DNA of 64,000 nucleotides, from NCBI GenBank assembly GCA_026392015.1, contig JAPLCW010000185.1, positions 1,546-65,545 of the forward strand. Reading direction: 5' to 3'. Positions 1 through 9,057 of this stretch are shown here, piece after piece; within the stretch, counting starts at the first letter, position 1; every line of letters begins with the position of its first letter. The translations under genes were made by a program, and so were the position numbers. The notes beneath the pieces were generated by a model, which was not told where the DNA came from, did not search any database, and was given only the letters and a program-made list of their open reading frames with translations. The DNA is from Candidatus Auribacterota bacterium (GTDB lineage Bacteria; Auribacterota; Tritonobacteria; UBA1439).

Positions 1-1
1 C

Positions 2-778
2 CAGCGCTATCTCGCCGCGAAATCGGAGCGCGCCGCGAATAGGTCGGTGTGGCTTAGCGCGCTGCTTTACATCCCCGTGTCGGCGTTCTTCTTCTTTATC
101 GGCACTTCGCTCTTCTCCTACTACACCGCACAGCCGGATCTCCTCCCTGCGGCTCTCAGGGCGGAGGTGAGCGCAGGGAAGGGAGACGGGGTGTTCCCCT
201 ACTTCATCGTGAACGCGTTGCCGGCGGGCCTGCCGGGGCTGCTGATCGCAGCCATCTTCGCGGCTGCCATGAGCACGATCAGCTCGAGCCTCAACTGCTC
301 GGCGACGCTGACTCTCTTTGATATCTACATTCGCTTCATCCGGAAGGAGGCCGGGGAGCGTGAGTCGATGTGGGTGCTCTACCTGAGTACCCTTGTCTGG
401 GGAGTTGTGGGAACCGGCGTCGCTTTGGCGATGATCCATATAAAGAGTGCACTTGATACCTGGTGGACGCTCTCGGGAATCTTCGGAGGAGGGATGCTCG
501 GTTTGTTCCTGATGGGCCGCCTCGGGCGGCGAGTGACAAGCGGGATTGCGCTGGTGGCGGTGGTTGGGGGAGTTATCGCGATCAGCTGGATGACCCTTTC
601 GCCGCTTGCGCCAGGCTCTGCCTTCCTGCCTCAGTACCGGCTCAATGTCTTTCTCATTCCGGTATTCGGAACGCTCGCAATCATGATGCTTGGTTTCCTG
701 CTGGCGGCGGCAATCGGAGGGAGACGGAAAATAGATAAACCACGGACGAACACGTCGCGGGTCAAATGCCGCAGCTAA
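2..778 (+). CDS. Sodium:solute symporter (SSS) family transporter, 5'-truncated by window edge
   Basis: Frame is open from base 2 (QRYLAAKS); contains the SSS motif GLLIAAIFAAAMSTISSSLN and multiple TM helices. Confidence 0.9.
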   Translation, partial: QRYLAAKSERAANRSVWLSALLYIPVSAFFFFIGTSLFSYYTAQPDLLPAALRAEVSAGKGDGVFPYFIVNALPAGLPGLLIAAIFAAAMSTISSSLNCSATLTLFDIYIRFIRKEAGERESMWVLYLSTLVWGVVGTGVALAMIHIKSALDTWWTLSGIFGGGMLGLFLMGRLGRRVTSGIALVAVVGGVIAISWMTLSPLAPGSAFLPQYRLNVFLIPVFGTLAIMMLGFLLAAAIGGRRKIDKPRTNTSRVKCRS

Positions 779-845
779 ATCTAATCACTGAAGACGCTGA
801 ACCCCCTGAAATATACTAAAGTAGATCACACAGATTAATGACTAA

Positions 846-895
846 AACCGCGGATTTTGCGGATTAGAAAACAGAAATCCGCGTAATCCGCGGTT
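846..895. repeat. AACC...GGTT palindromic element with ~9-nt periodic arms
   Basis: aaccgcggattttgcggatt ... aatccgcgtaatccgcggtt; related arms at ~7505, 38380-38590, 43427-43455 and 53005-53033. Confidence 0.8.
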
Positions 896-1017
896 AATAC
901 GTTATTTCGTTATATGCTCCCGATATGATGCCAATTCCAATTTGGTGTATATATCAGGTGAGTAGTGCGGATAAAACGAGATACTATTCTATTCCATGCG
1001 AATCCGTTGTTGGGTAA

Positions 1018-2664
1018 CTAATCCCCCCTGTTGCAGATCAGCATATTGTCCGGATCATCCTCAAACGTTTCCGCGGGTATGATGTGGAGGAGGTTTTCAA
1101 AGGACGGATCGAGGGCGAGGGGGATGAAGTTCCCCTCTTCCATGATGACGAATGTCATCGCCGGTCCGCGGAGCACCTCATGCACCTGCTCCGGCAGGTC
1201 CAACTCCCTGACGGTGCGGTTTCCGTAGAAGTTGACGCAGCCTCTGATATTATCCGAAGGCCTGTAGAGATAGAGCGGGTCGGTTCCCGCGATGCGCCAC
1301 GTCTCTTGCGCAAGCGCCATGAAGCATTTCTTTTTAAAGCGCGCATAGAGCATGGTGGGTGTGGAGCTGACGATGAGGCCGCATAAATAGATAGCGAGAG
1401 CCAGGCACAGGGCTACGGTAAAATCCCTCTTGAAGAGCAAATGGATGAACGCGGATGCGGGGAGGATAGCCAGTGCGATTGCGATAAAAAGGAATGTCCG
1501 GGGCGCCATCTGGCCGAAGATCAGGGCGAACATGGCGAACGGAATGACTATCCAGAGCCAGCCGAATCCCCTTCGTGAGTCTCCCCGGCGAAAGAGGGGT
1601 GAGCTGTCTATCCAGTACGCGATTATGATCGCCAGGGCAGAGTATGACGGCAGGATATATGTCCTCTCCTTGATTCCGGAAAAAGAGAGCAGAAACATCG
1701 GGAGGAATGCCCAAAGGAGCAGGAAGACAGAAAATTCTTTCCCTCTCCTCTCTCCGTTGCCCCGTATTTCGCGAGTGGCGTGCCAGACGGCAAAGGGGAG
1801 GGCGATTATCCAGGGGCCGAGAATTTCAGGGAGAACCGTTAGATAAAAATACCATGGCAGCCTGTGCCCGAGATCCGTATGGTAAAAGCGGGCATTGGGC
1901 AGTTCGAAATGTACCTGGAGAAAGCGCCCCAGGATATTGTTCACGAAATGCTCGTACAGGTACGGTGTTCCTCCCTCGCGATAGAAGAGATAGAGCCATC
2001 CCGCCACGGGAAGGAGGAAGAGGAGAATGGGCAGTGGCGATATCAGTTTTTTCAGCACGTCCCCCCGCCTTTCCATAATGCAAAAGGGAACAATAATCGC
2101 GCCGATGGTGAATACGGCGACGAATCCCTTGGTGAGAAAGGCTGCGGCGGAGAAGAGCGCAAAGAGAGAGTAGAATGTCCTCCCCCGGGCAGCTCCGCGC
2201 TCCCACAGTAATGCGCGGGCGATGCAGGCAAGCGCGCATGTGCACAACGCTCCGACGGCGATATCGAGCAGGACAACGTGGCTGTATCTCCAGAATCGCG
2301 GCATCGTCAGCAGGATGAACGTTGCGAGCCAGGCGGCGTTCACGCCTCGCCCGCGGCGGACGAGCGTAAACGTAGCCGCGAGCATGAGGCATCCGAAAAG
2401 CATGGAAACCGACCTCGCAACCGTCGGAGTGATCAGGCCGGTGAGAGCGTAGGCGGATGCCACGATATTATAGTAGAGCGGCGGCTTCTCAAGGAACGGA
2501 AGGCCGCAGAGGTGCGGGGTCACCCAGTGCCCCTCAGTGAGGGTTTCCCTCGCGATCTCGGCCTCTCTCGGCTCGTCGGGGCCGAACAGGCAGTCGTAGT
2601 GGAGCCCGGTGATCATCGCCGCGGCGATAATGAGTAATAGGAATGGAGAATTGAGCGTACGCAT
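1018..2664 (-). CDS. ArnT/PMT-like GT-C glycosyltransferase (family 39/83-like)
   Basis: PDEPREAEIARE...FLEKPPLYY and FLTKG motifs typical of ArnT; many TM helices. Confidence 0.85.
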   Translation of the reverse strand: MRTLNSPFLLLIIAAAMITGLHYDCLFGPDEPREAEIARETLTEGHWVTPHLCGLPFLEKPPLYYNIVASAYALTGLITPTVARSVSMLFGCLMLAATFTLVRRGRGVNAAWLATFILLTMPRFWRYSHVVLLDIAVGALCTCALACIARALLWERGAARGRTFYSLFALFSAAAFLTKGFVAVFTIGAIIVPFCIMERRGDVLKKLISPLPILLFLLPVAGWLYLFYREGGTPYLYEHFVNNILGRFLQVHFELPNARFYHTDLGHRLPWYFYLTVLPEILGPWIIALPFAVWHATREIRGNGERRGKEFSVFLLLWAFLPMFLLSFSGIKERTYILPSYSALAIIIAYWIDSSPLFRRGDSRRGFGWLWIVIPFAMFALIFGQMAPRTFLFIAIALAILPASAFIHLLFKRDFTVALCLALAIYLCGLIVSSTPTMLYARFKKKCFMALAQETWRIAGTDPLYLYRPSDNIRGCVNFYGNRTVRELDLPEQVHEVLRGPAMTFVIMEEGNFIPLALDPSFENLLHIIPAETFEDDPDNMLICNRGD

Positions 2665-2724
2665 AGGGAACGGATCAGATTATACACAATTGCCGCTGGA
2701 TATGTCGAAATATAGCAACTGCTC

Positions 2725-2910
2725 AGGAGCCAGAATTCAGGAGTCAGGAGCCAGGAGTTGGAATGAGGACGCCCGAGGCGACATTATTGCTCAGAAGCCA
2801 GAATTCAGAAGTCAGAATACAGAATTAAGGGTTAATGCAGTTACTGGAAGAGGTCAGCAAGCTACTGGAAGCTTATTCGCGATCCATTCTGGATTCTGGC
2901 TCCTGACTAC
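2725..2910. repeat. Inverted element with 7-nt periodic arms
   Basis: ggagccagaattcaggagtcaggagccag ... ttctggattctggctcctgact. Confidence 0.7.
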
Positions 2911-2963
2911 CTGAGTAGTTACGAAATATACAGGGTGTTTGAATGGTGCTACAATCATCGCTT

Positions 2964-4550
2964 ATGCAACATGGCGAGGAGAGTATCGGCTCCCGGATTT
3001 CATGGACAGGCTTCTGCTTCTGCCTGTGCGCGCTCTTTATTGTGCGAGGGCTCATGCTCCTCTGCATCTACCCGCCGCTCGAAGGCTTTGATGAACACCA
3101 GCACATCGCATATCTCGCATACGCGAATGAGAACCGGGACGCCCCGCACTACGGCGTCTCAAGGATGCCGAAATCGCTCTACAGCGACTTCGCGCAAAAC
3201 CCGAATCCCGTCTACGGCTGTGAGCAGCTCGCCGCGATCGGCGCACTCCCGTACAGCCGGTTCTGGGCGGAGCCGAAAAACGTTCGTTACGATGCGGACA
3301 TCATGCTCTATTCCGCGTTCTATCATCCCCTCTATTACAGGACGATCGGGCCGCTGTACGGTTTTTCCCGGAGCAGGATCGATTTCCGGTTCGCGGTCTA
3401 CGCCATCCGCATGCTCAATATTTTCCTCGCGGGCTTTTCGATACTGTTCTTCACGCTCCCTTTTCGCGCCCTTTTTGATTCGGAGCGGTTTTCCAAGCTC
3501 ACCGCGTTGGCCTCAAGCCTCGTGCCCATCTATCTCGTCTACGTGGCGAGGGTGGGAAGCGACGCGGCTGCGCTCCTAATCTGCTCGCTGATCTTCTTCC
3601 TCCTCGCGCGCATGGATGATGGGCACGCGCTCCGTCTCAAGGCGCTGACCATCGGTGTCCTGCTGGGGGTCGGGTCCATGGTGAGGGTGAGCGTCCTCTC
3701 GTTTCTGCCTGTCAGTATTCTTTTCTGCGTCTTTCTGCCGTCGGTTCATGGAGTCGGAACCAGGCAGAGGCTTGGGTATGTATCTGTGCTGCTGGTTTCA
3801 TTTGCCGCCGTCTCCTTTCGCAGTTTTGCATGGGATATGCACACCTACGGAATGATCCTTCCGGGACAGGAATCGCTCGCAATCGCGAGAGAAGGGAAGA
3901 GCCTTTTCGGCATCCTTGGCGCCGCGAGATTCTCGCACCTCTGGACGTTTTTTGTGAAAAAGATGATTTTCTCAAACCTCTGGACGAGCGGATGGTCGTT
4001 TCTGCCCGTCCCGCGACTGTTCCACTCCATCTTTGCAGCCATCATCCTTGTGTGCGCCGGGGGAGGATCTGCGGGATTGGCGCGTTCGATTTTCCTGCGG
4101 CAGAGGGTATGGTCGCCGAATGGGCGTCTTGCGCTGCTGTGCGCACTCACATGGGCCATGGTGTGCGGCGGGGTATATCTCCATGGCCTGAGTTCGCTTG
4201 TTGCGTACAGGTCGGTGATTTACTCTCCGTCCTATTATGCAATGCCCGGTTTTCTGCCATTGCTGGGGCTGATGCTCATGATGCTCCAGGGATACGGGAG
4301 CACACGGCTGTGGAGGGTGATGGTGGGTATTTTGATCGCAACTTTCGTGATAACGGAATGGTACTGTCTTCTCTTTCTCGCGGCTCCCTACTGGGCTCAG
4401 GCGTCCGCTCTTCGGGATATCTATTCGCGGCTCGCGTCGGTTCACCCGGCTTTTCCTGCGCCCCTCTTTTTTCTGCCGCTCGGCGCGGTGTACCTGGCGA
4501 TTCTCGCGGTTGTTCTCCGGTCCGCGGCCGGGCCCGACTTACGGAACTGA
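2964..4550 (+). CDS. DUF2142-like GT-C membrane protein
   Basis: PPLEGFDEHQHIAY and HPLYY motifs, polytopic. Start chosen at ATG 2964, downstream of TGnTACAAT (ORF track start 2943). Confidence 0.7.
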   Translation: MQHGEESIGSRISWTGFCFCLCALFIVRGLMLLCIYPPLEGFDEHQHIAYLAYANENRDAPHYGVSRMPKSLYSDFAQNPNPVYGCEQLAAIGALPYSRFWAEPKNVRYDADIMLYSAFYHPLYYRTIGPLYGFSRSRIDFRFAVYAIRMLNIFLAGFSILFFTLPFRALFDSERFSKLTALASSLVPIYLVYVARVGSDAAALLICSLIFFLLARMDDGHALRLKALTIGVLLGVGSMVRVSVLSFLPVSILFCVFLPSVHGVGTRQRLGYVSVLLVSFAAVSFRSFAWDMHTYGMILPGQESLAIAREGKSLFGILGAARFSHLWTFFVKKMIFSNLWTSGWSFLPVPRLFHSIFAAIILVCAGGGSAGLARSIFLRQRVWSPNGRLALLCALTWAMVCGGVYLHGLSSLVAYRSVIYSPSYYAMPGFLPLLGLMLMMLQGYGSTRLWRVMVGILIATFVITEWYCLLFLAAPYWAQASALRDIYSRLASVHPAFPAPLFFLPLGAVYLAILAVVLRSAAGPDLRN

Positions 4551-5354
4551 TACGCCCGGGTCGGTGACTCCCTCGTCCGGATCGTTCTCTTCGGGAGTAT
4601 TCCTATCGGAGAGATCGTCCTTCACGCCGAATGTGAATGTCTCCACTTCTTCATATTCACGCGGATCGAGGTTCTGGTCCGAGCGGAAGAGGACGAACTG
4701 GTTGACCATGAATGCCGTGCACGAGGGGGGCCATATCTTTTTAGTTATTGCTTCCTTGACGGTTCTGTAATCCACACCGCTGAACGTCCCTATGCTGGTA
4801 TGCGCGATCCAGTTTTTAGGATTATAATCCCAGCGCCCTTCATCATACTTCGGGTACGCCTTTATAAGCTTCGATCGGATAAAATCGACGAGATCCGAAA
4901 GTTCCTCCGACCCGCGGGGATCTTTATCAAGTTTGAAGACGAGGTATCCCTTTTGCCAGACTTCGAATTTCGACTTCTCCATGCTCTCGTGGATATCGAA
5001 AGGGGCAACCTTCTCGTTCTCTGCCACGTCCCACATCGCGTCGATTATTTTATTCAGCGTCGCATCATTGTCGTTCGGAAGGCGGCCGATCTGCTGGAGC
5101 GTGATGTGGAGCTGGTCTTTGGGATGGGGCTGGATGTGTGGGAGAATCTTCTTGTTTTTCTTCTTGATCAACGTTGCGATGTAACTCTGGCGGTTCGCGA
5201 TGCTCCCCGCGGTGCTGCCGGTGACCCGCACGGCCAGGAAATAGATGTAATCGGGTGAGATAAGCCGTCCGTCCTGGCCTGATGCAATCCATGGTGCGAA
5301 CATGGCAGTGCACAGGGCAATGAACACGATTCCGGACCTCTTTCGTATATGCAT
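4539..5354 (-). CDS. 2H phosphoesterase (LigT/ThpR-like) with predicted signal peptide
   Basis: Two Hx[T/S] motifs (QLHITLQQIG, WIAHTSIG); N-terminal basic plus hydrophobic segment RKRSGIVFIALCTAMFAPWIASG. Confidence 0.65.
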   Translation of the reverse strand: MHIRKRSGIVFIALCTAMFAPWIASGQDGRLISPDYIYFLAVRVTGSTAGSIANRQSYIATLIKKKNKKILPHIQPHPKDQLHITLQQIGRLPNDNDATLNKIIDAMWDVAENEKVAPFDIHESMEKSKFEVWQKGYLVFKLDKDPRGSEELSDLVDFIRSKLIKAYPKYDEGRWDYNPKNWIAHTSIGTFSGVDYRTVKEAITKKIWPPSCTAFMVNQFVLFRSDQNLDPREYEEVETFTFGVKDDLSDRNTPEENDPDEGVTDPGVSVP

Positions 5355-5429
5355 TGAATTCAATCCATACATACGGTATACAGTCCCGCCGGGCGGGAGA
5401 CTACATACACGATTGATGTCGATCCCCAA

Positions 5430-6530
5430 TTATTCGATGGTGACCTCCGTGGTATCGGCGGCGAGCGGGCTCGATGATCCCGGTTTCGCCCCGGCCGGCA
5501 GCACGGCGATCGTTCCGGACCACACGCCTGTCGGCGTGAGTTCCGTCACGGGGTAGTCGAGGAGCGTTGCGCAGGCGCGCCCGGTCGGGTTTAAGGTTGC
5601 GCGGTAGTAGGGTTTCGTTCCCTTCACCACATTCCCGTTGCTGAGAAGGGAGAGCGTTTCCCCCGACGGCGATGTCAGCACCAGGTAGATATCTATCAGG
5701 CGGCCTTCAAACGCGGGAATGCAGGCTGAGATAACAAGATGCCCTCCAACGGATACGGCATTGATGCCGAAGTCTAGCACGGTGGGGGAGAGGGTCACAT
5801 AGTTCGCAGTTTCGGTTACCGCGTTCAGTTGCACCTGCGAACCGGCCCATATGACATATTCACTGAGGCCGACCGGATTATACTTATTCCCCCAATCGTA
5901 TGTATAGCCGAGCCTCGACCAGGGATGTGCGTTATCGGTCGTATAGGAGACGCTCCGCAGCGCGTTGAACCATGTCTTGTACGTATCGCTGATAACGAGG
6001 AAAGGGTTGGCAGGGAAGTCCAATTCGGCTTCATGGTCGGTGATTTCCGGGTCCGGGCAGGGGCGGATGAGGTCGGCCGGGTTCACCCAGAACTCGGCGA
6101 AATATGTCTTGTCCGCGTCGGGCGGCAGGCCGATAAGCTGTTTGAGCCTTAGTACCAGATCATTTTGGGCAATCGCGCGATCTGCAACCCACGCCTTGAG
6201 CTCATCCGGGGAAGATACCCACGTTTCCCTCATCGTGATGATATCGCCCGGTTTTTTTGTCGGATAGAATCTATTGTCCGCCCATGTCTCCATGAGGACC
6301 CGGCTATTATCCGCATTCCATGTGAGATTCTCTTCTCCTGGAATAACGGCGATGAGATCTTTGGAAATCTGAGCCTGGGTCGTGTCCTTGGATGTCTCCG
6401 TGAGCGAGTCCAGGTATGCCTGCGGCCAGCCCGCGGGGAATGCCGCGCATTCGCGCGTAAAGAGCGCGATCCCGCTGATCAGAAATATGGACAGAAGCGA
6501 TACAATGAGATACAGTCTGGAACGGTTCAT
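5430..6530 (-). CDS. Exported hypothetical protein (WSRLGYTYDW domain plus C-terminal beta-rich domain)
   Basis: Signal peptide, SD ggaggt upstream, conserved-looking motifs QLIGLPP, DLIRPCPDP, PWSRLGYTYDWG. Confidence 0.7.
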   Translation of the reverse strand: MNRSRLYLIVSLLSIFLISGIALFTRECAAFPAGWPQAYLDSLTETSKDTTQAQISKDLIAVIPGEENLTWNADNSRVLMETWADNRFYPTKKPGDIITMRETWVSSPDELKAWVADRAIAQNDLVLRLKQLIGLPPDADKTYFAEFWVNPADLIRPCPDPEITDHEAELDFPANPFLVISDTYKTWFNALRSVSYTTDNAHPWSRLGYTYDWGNKYNPVGLSEYVIWAGSQVQLNAVTETANYVTLSPTVLDFGINAVSVGGHLVISACIPAFEGRLIDIYLVLTSPSGETLSLLSNGNVVKGTKPYYRATLNPTGRACATLLDYPVTELTPTGVWSGTIAVLPAGAKPGSSSPLAADTTEVTIE

Positions 6531-6612
6531 GTCAGAACCTCCTTTTAATGAAGTTTATTTCCCTATAATTGTCGCCTATAATAAGGGGGGACGCAAGGGG
6601 GGCCTGTTTTTT

Positions 6613-6933
6613 ATGAAGCCGGCGATATGCGCATCTTGTAGGGTTATCCTCCTGTTGGTTTTCGCGCCCTTCTCCTCCGAAGCCTGTACGCTCTGGGCGG
6701 CGGCGGGCGCCAGGGTTTCAGGCGGGGGGACGCTGATCGCTAAAAACAGGGATAAAAATCCTGCCGAGGTGAACACCCTCGAAATAGTCATTCCAAAGGA
6801 TTCACCTGAGTTGTATGTGAAACTTGCGAATAGCGGCGAAACTGATAAAGTCTATCGGCTCACGATGGATCCCCGCTTCTGTGCCGGCGCAAAGCAGGGG
6901 CCTATTGATCAGAAGCAGGCCGGCATCCGTTGA
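6613..6933 (+). pseudogene. Internally deleted C45/Ntn-hydrolase-like exported peptidase
   Basis: Signal peptide followed by ACTLWAA...GTLIAKNRD (Ntn nucleophile Cys start), but only ~106 aa in total. Confidence 0.6.
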
Positions 6934-6979
6934 TAGCTTCTGGGATAGTGTTCTATCACCAAGAGGTGTAGCATCCATT

Positions 6980-7432
6980 ATGCAACAGAAATATGATGAA
7001 CGCAGAGGGGACGGCTTTCGTGCAGGTGTGGACAGGAGGAAGCGCCCCACACCCTTCCTGTCCCGCTATACGTTCGTGGGCAGGCGAAGGAAGCATCGGC
7101 GCGCCGCCGATGGTCTGGAGAATTACTACGCCGACAGATTACAGTCGCGCAGCTGGTTATTCTTATGGATTATAGTGGGGCTTTCCACAATCGACTCGAT
7201 TTTCAGCATCTACCACCTGTCAAGAGGCTACGTCGAGGCGAATCCGTTACTCAGGCTCTCCTTGTTTTTCGGGACGAAGTCGTTCATACTGATGAAATAT
7301 CTCCTCACCCTCGCCGGAGTATTCATTATCTGCCTGCACCAGTATTTTCGTTACATCTACATAATCATCGCTGTGATCATCGCGTTCTACATTTTCCTGG
7401 ACGGCTACCACCTCGTGCTTCTTTGTCGCTGA
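6980..7432 (+). CDS. DUF5658-like small membrane protein
   Basis: ERR..DRR Arg-rich N-terminus; STIDSIFS...EANPLL motif; 3 TM helices. Confidence 0.7.
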   Translation: MQQKYDERRGDGFRAGVDRRKRPTPFLSRYTFVGRRRKHRRAADGLENYYADRLQSRSWLFLWIIVGLSTIDSIFSIYHLSRGYVEANPLLRLSLFFGTKSFILMKYLLTLAGVFIICLHQYFRYIYIIIAVIIAFYIFLDGYHLVLLCR

Positions 7433-7578
7433 GCGCCATTTCCCGGTCCATGATGTACCCGTTCATCCCCTTAGCGTGAACTATTCACCAACTCTTAATG
7501 TTTTAACCGCGGATTGGGCAGATTATGCGGATTTTTGGGCAGCGTATACGATTTTGGTGTCTGCCTATTTCACATAAA

Positions 7579-7654
7579 GGAGTTATCCACATGAGCCCGA
7601 TGCCGAGCGCTTCTTGCAAAGCTCTGCGAGGCAAGGGCGATTGTGGGTAACTCC
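7579..7654. repeat. GGAGTTA-ended palindromic mini-element (copy 1)
   Basis: ggagttatccacat...gtgggtaactcc; inverted homologue at 55717-55802. Confidence 0.75.
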
Positions 7655-7850
7655 GGCTTTTAGCCAGAGCAGGTATCGCTTTTTTCGCATACTAGGCCTC
7701 CCTTAGCTCTGTACTACAGAGCTAAACTGGAAAGCCTTAAATATGCCAGGCTGTTAAAATTGCTCCTTTATTCATCTGATGGATAAACCAAGTTAAATTA
7801 CGATCGGTAAAGCAAATAGTTTTATGCAAATTTAATTCCGATCGCTTGCC

Positions 7851-7879
7851 TTGACAACCTCTATTTTTGGTGTCATAAT
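7851..7879 (+). promoter_or_regulatory. sigma70 promoter
   Basis: TTGACA-17 bp-CATAAT upstream of the SD (ggagg) and ATG 7918. Confidence 0.7.
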
Positions 7880-7917
7880 ATGTATGTCTGAAGGCAACGG
7901 ACAGCGGGAGGAAACCC

Positions 7918-8505
7918 ATGAGTCAGAAACGAAACTGGATTGTTCCGGCAGTGTTAATCTCCGTTGGTGCGTGTGCGCTCTTCTTCAGCCTTGCCCTGCC
8001 GCGCCCCGGTGAATACCTGGTGTTGAACACGGTTGCCGATGGGAAGTATCGCCTCGGCGAAATGGTGACTGTGCACTGGAGCGCGAACCAGGAGATTCTC
8101 CGCGGCAGAAAAGTGGACGTTTGCTACGGTCTCGCGGAAGTCGAGCCGCCCTGGAACGCCGGCCTCGTATCGGTAGGCGATCTTCTCTCCCGGAGCCGGG
8201 CCCTCTATTTCTTCAACGATGCCCTCCTCCCGACCCAATGGCAGGAGGGAATGCCGGTGCCCGTTGTGAAGGGGGTCTCGCTGGGATCTTATCCTGATGG
8301 TGCGATATTCTTTATCGTGACGCCCGAGATCGAATCCAAAACGATGATGTTCTGGGCAATATTCATCGATCACGCCACAGGGGAATTTATCGATCCCGTT
8401 CTCCCGGTCGCGACTTCATCGCATTTTGAAACACGCAATCCGGCGCGGCCGACCCCGGACCAGGTCTCGATCGACGGAGGGGACGTCGTCGGCCCGGGCA
8501 GATAG
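7918..8505 (+). CDS. Exported/membrane-anchored hypothetical protein
   Basis: Promoter, SD and N-terminal hydrophobic helix; no recognised family. Confidence 0.65.
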   Translation: MSQKRNWIVPAVLISVGACALFFSLALPRPGEYLVLNTVADGKYRLGEMVTVHWSANQEILRGRKVDVCYGLAEVEPPWNAGLVSVGDLLSRSRALYFFNDALLPTQWQEGMPVPVVKGVSLGSYPDGAIFFIVTPEIESKTMMFWAIFIDHATGEFIDPVLPVATSSHFETRNPARPTPDQVSIDGGDVVGPGR

Positions 8506-8710
8506 TTTTGCTCTCCCCCTGCTTCATCCGTTGTTGATCCGGACAAATAACACTCCCGTCCGACGCCTCGCGCGGCTCACCCGCCGGTCGAACAATCCCT
8601 GATACTGAAGCGCTACGCGCTGTCGTAAGGGATCAGTTTCGCTGGGGTCTGCTGACTTTTCTCAGATATCCATATTTTTATTATAACCACGGATAACCAC
8701 GGATGGACAC

Positions 8711-8791
8711 TGTGGAAGGGGCGTCCTCGCCCCGATCGTCATTGTTGGAGGGCTCTCCCGACTTAATCGCGGCGAGGACACCCCTCCCACA
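8711..8791. repeat. GTGG-type REP doublet (REPIN-like)
   Basis: tgtggaaggggcgtcctcgccccgat ... atcgcggcgaggacacccctcccaca; homologous to 38768-38848 and its inverted copy near 45560-45640. Confidence 0.8.
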
Positions 8792-9020
8792 ACATATTCT
8801 TATATCGATAACTCAAAAGCTCTATTATCTTGATGTTGTATGACTTAATCACCCAATCACCCAATCGCCTAATCACTGCTTTTGAATAGCTTGATAGCTA
8901 AATTGCTCTCCCCCCCCTCCCACAATTGACTCACGTGAGATAATCCGTGTCCATCCGTGTTCATCCGTGGTTTGTATTCCCCTGTGTAACTGAGGCTTTA
9001 TGCGCTGCCCGATTCTCGGC

Positions 9021-9049
9021 TTGCCAAACATATCATGCTTGTCTATCAT
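9021..9049 (+). promoter_or_regulatory. sigma70-like promoter, probably leaderless
   Basis: TTGCCA-17 bp-TATCAT, 8 nt before ATG 9058, no SD. Confidence 0.5.
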
Positions 9050-9057
9050 GTCATGCG

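Noticed and set aside
7583-7591. DnaA box TTATCCACA suggesting oriC
   Set aside because: Single box inside a repeated element end (also at ~55791-55799); no box cluster and no dnaA/dnaN.
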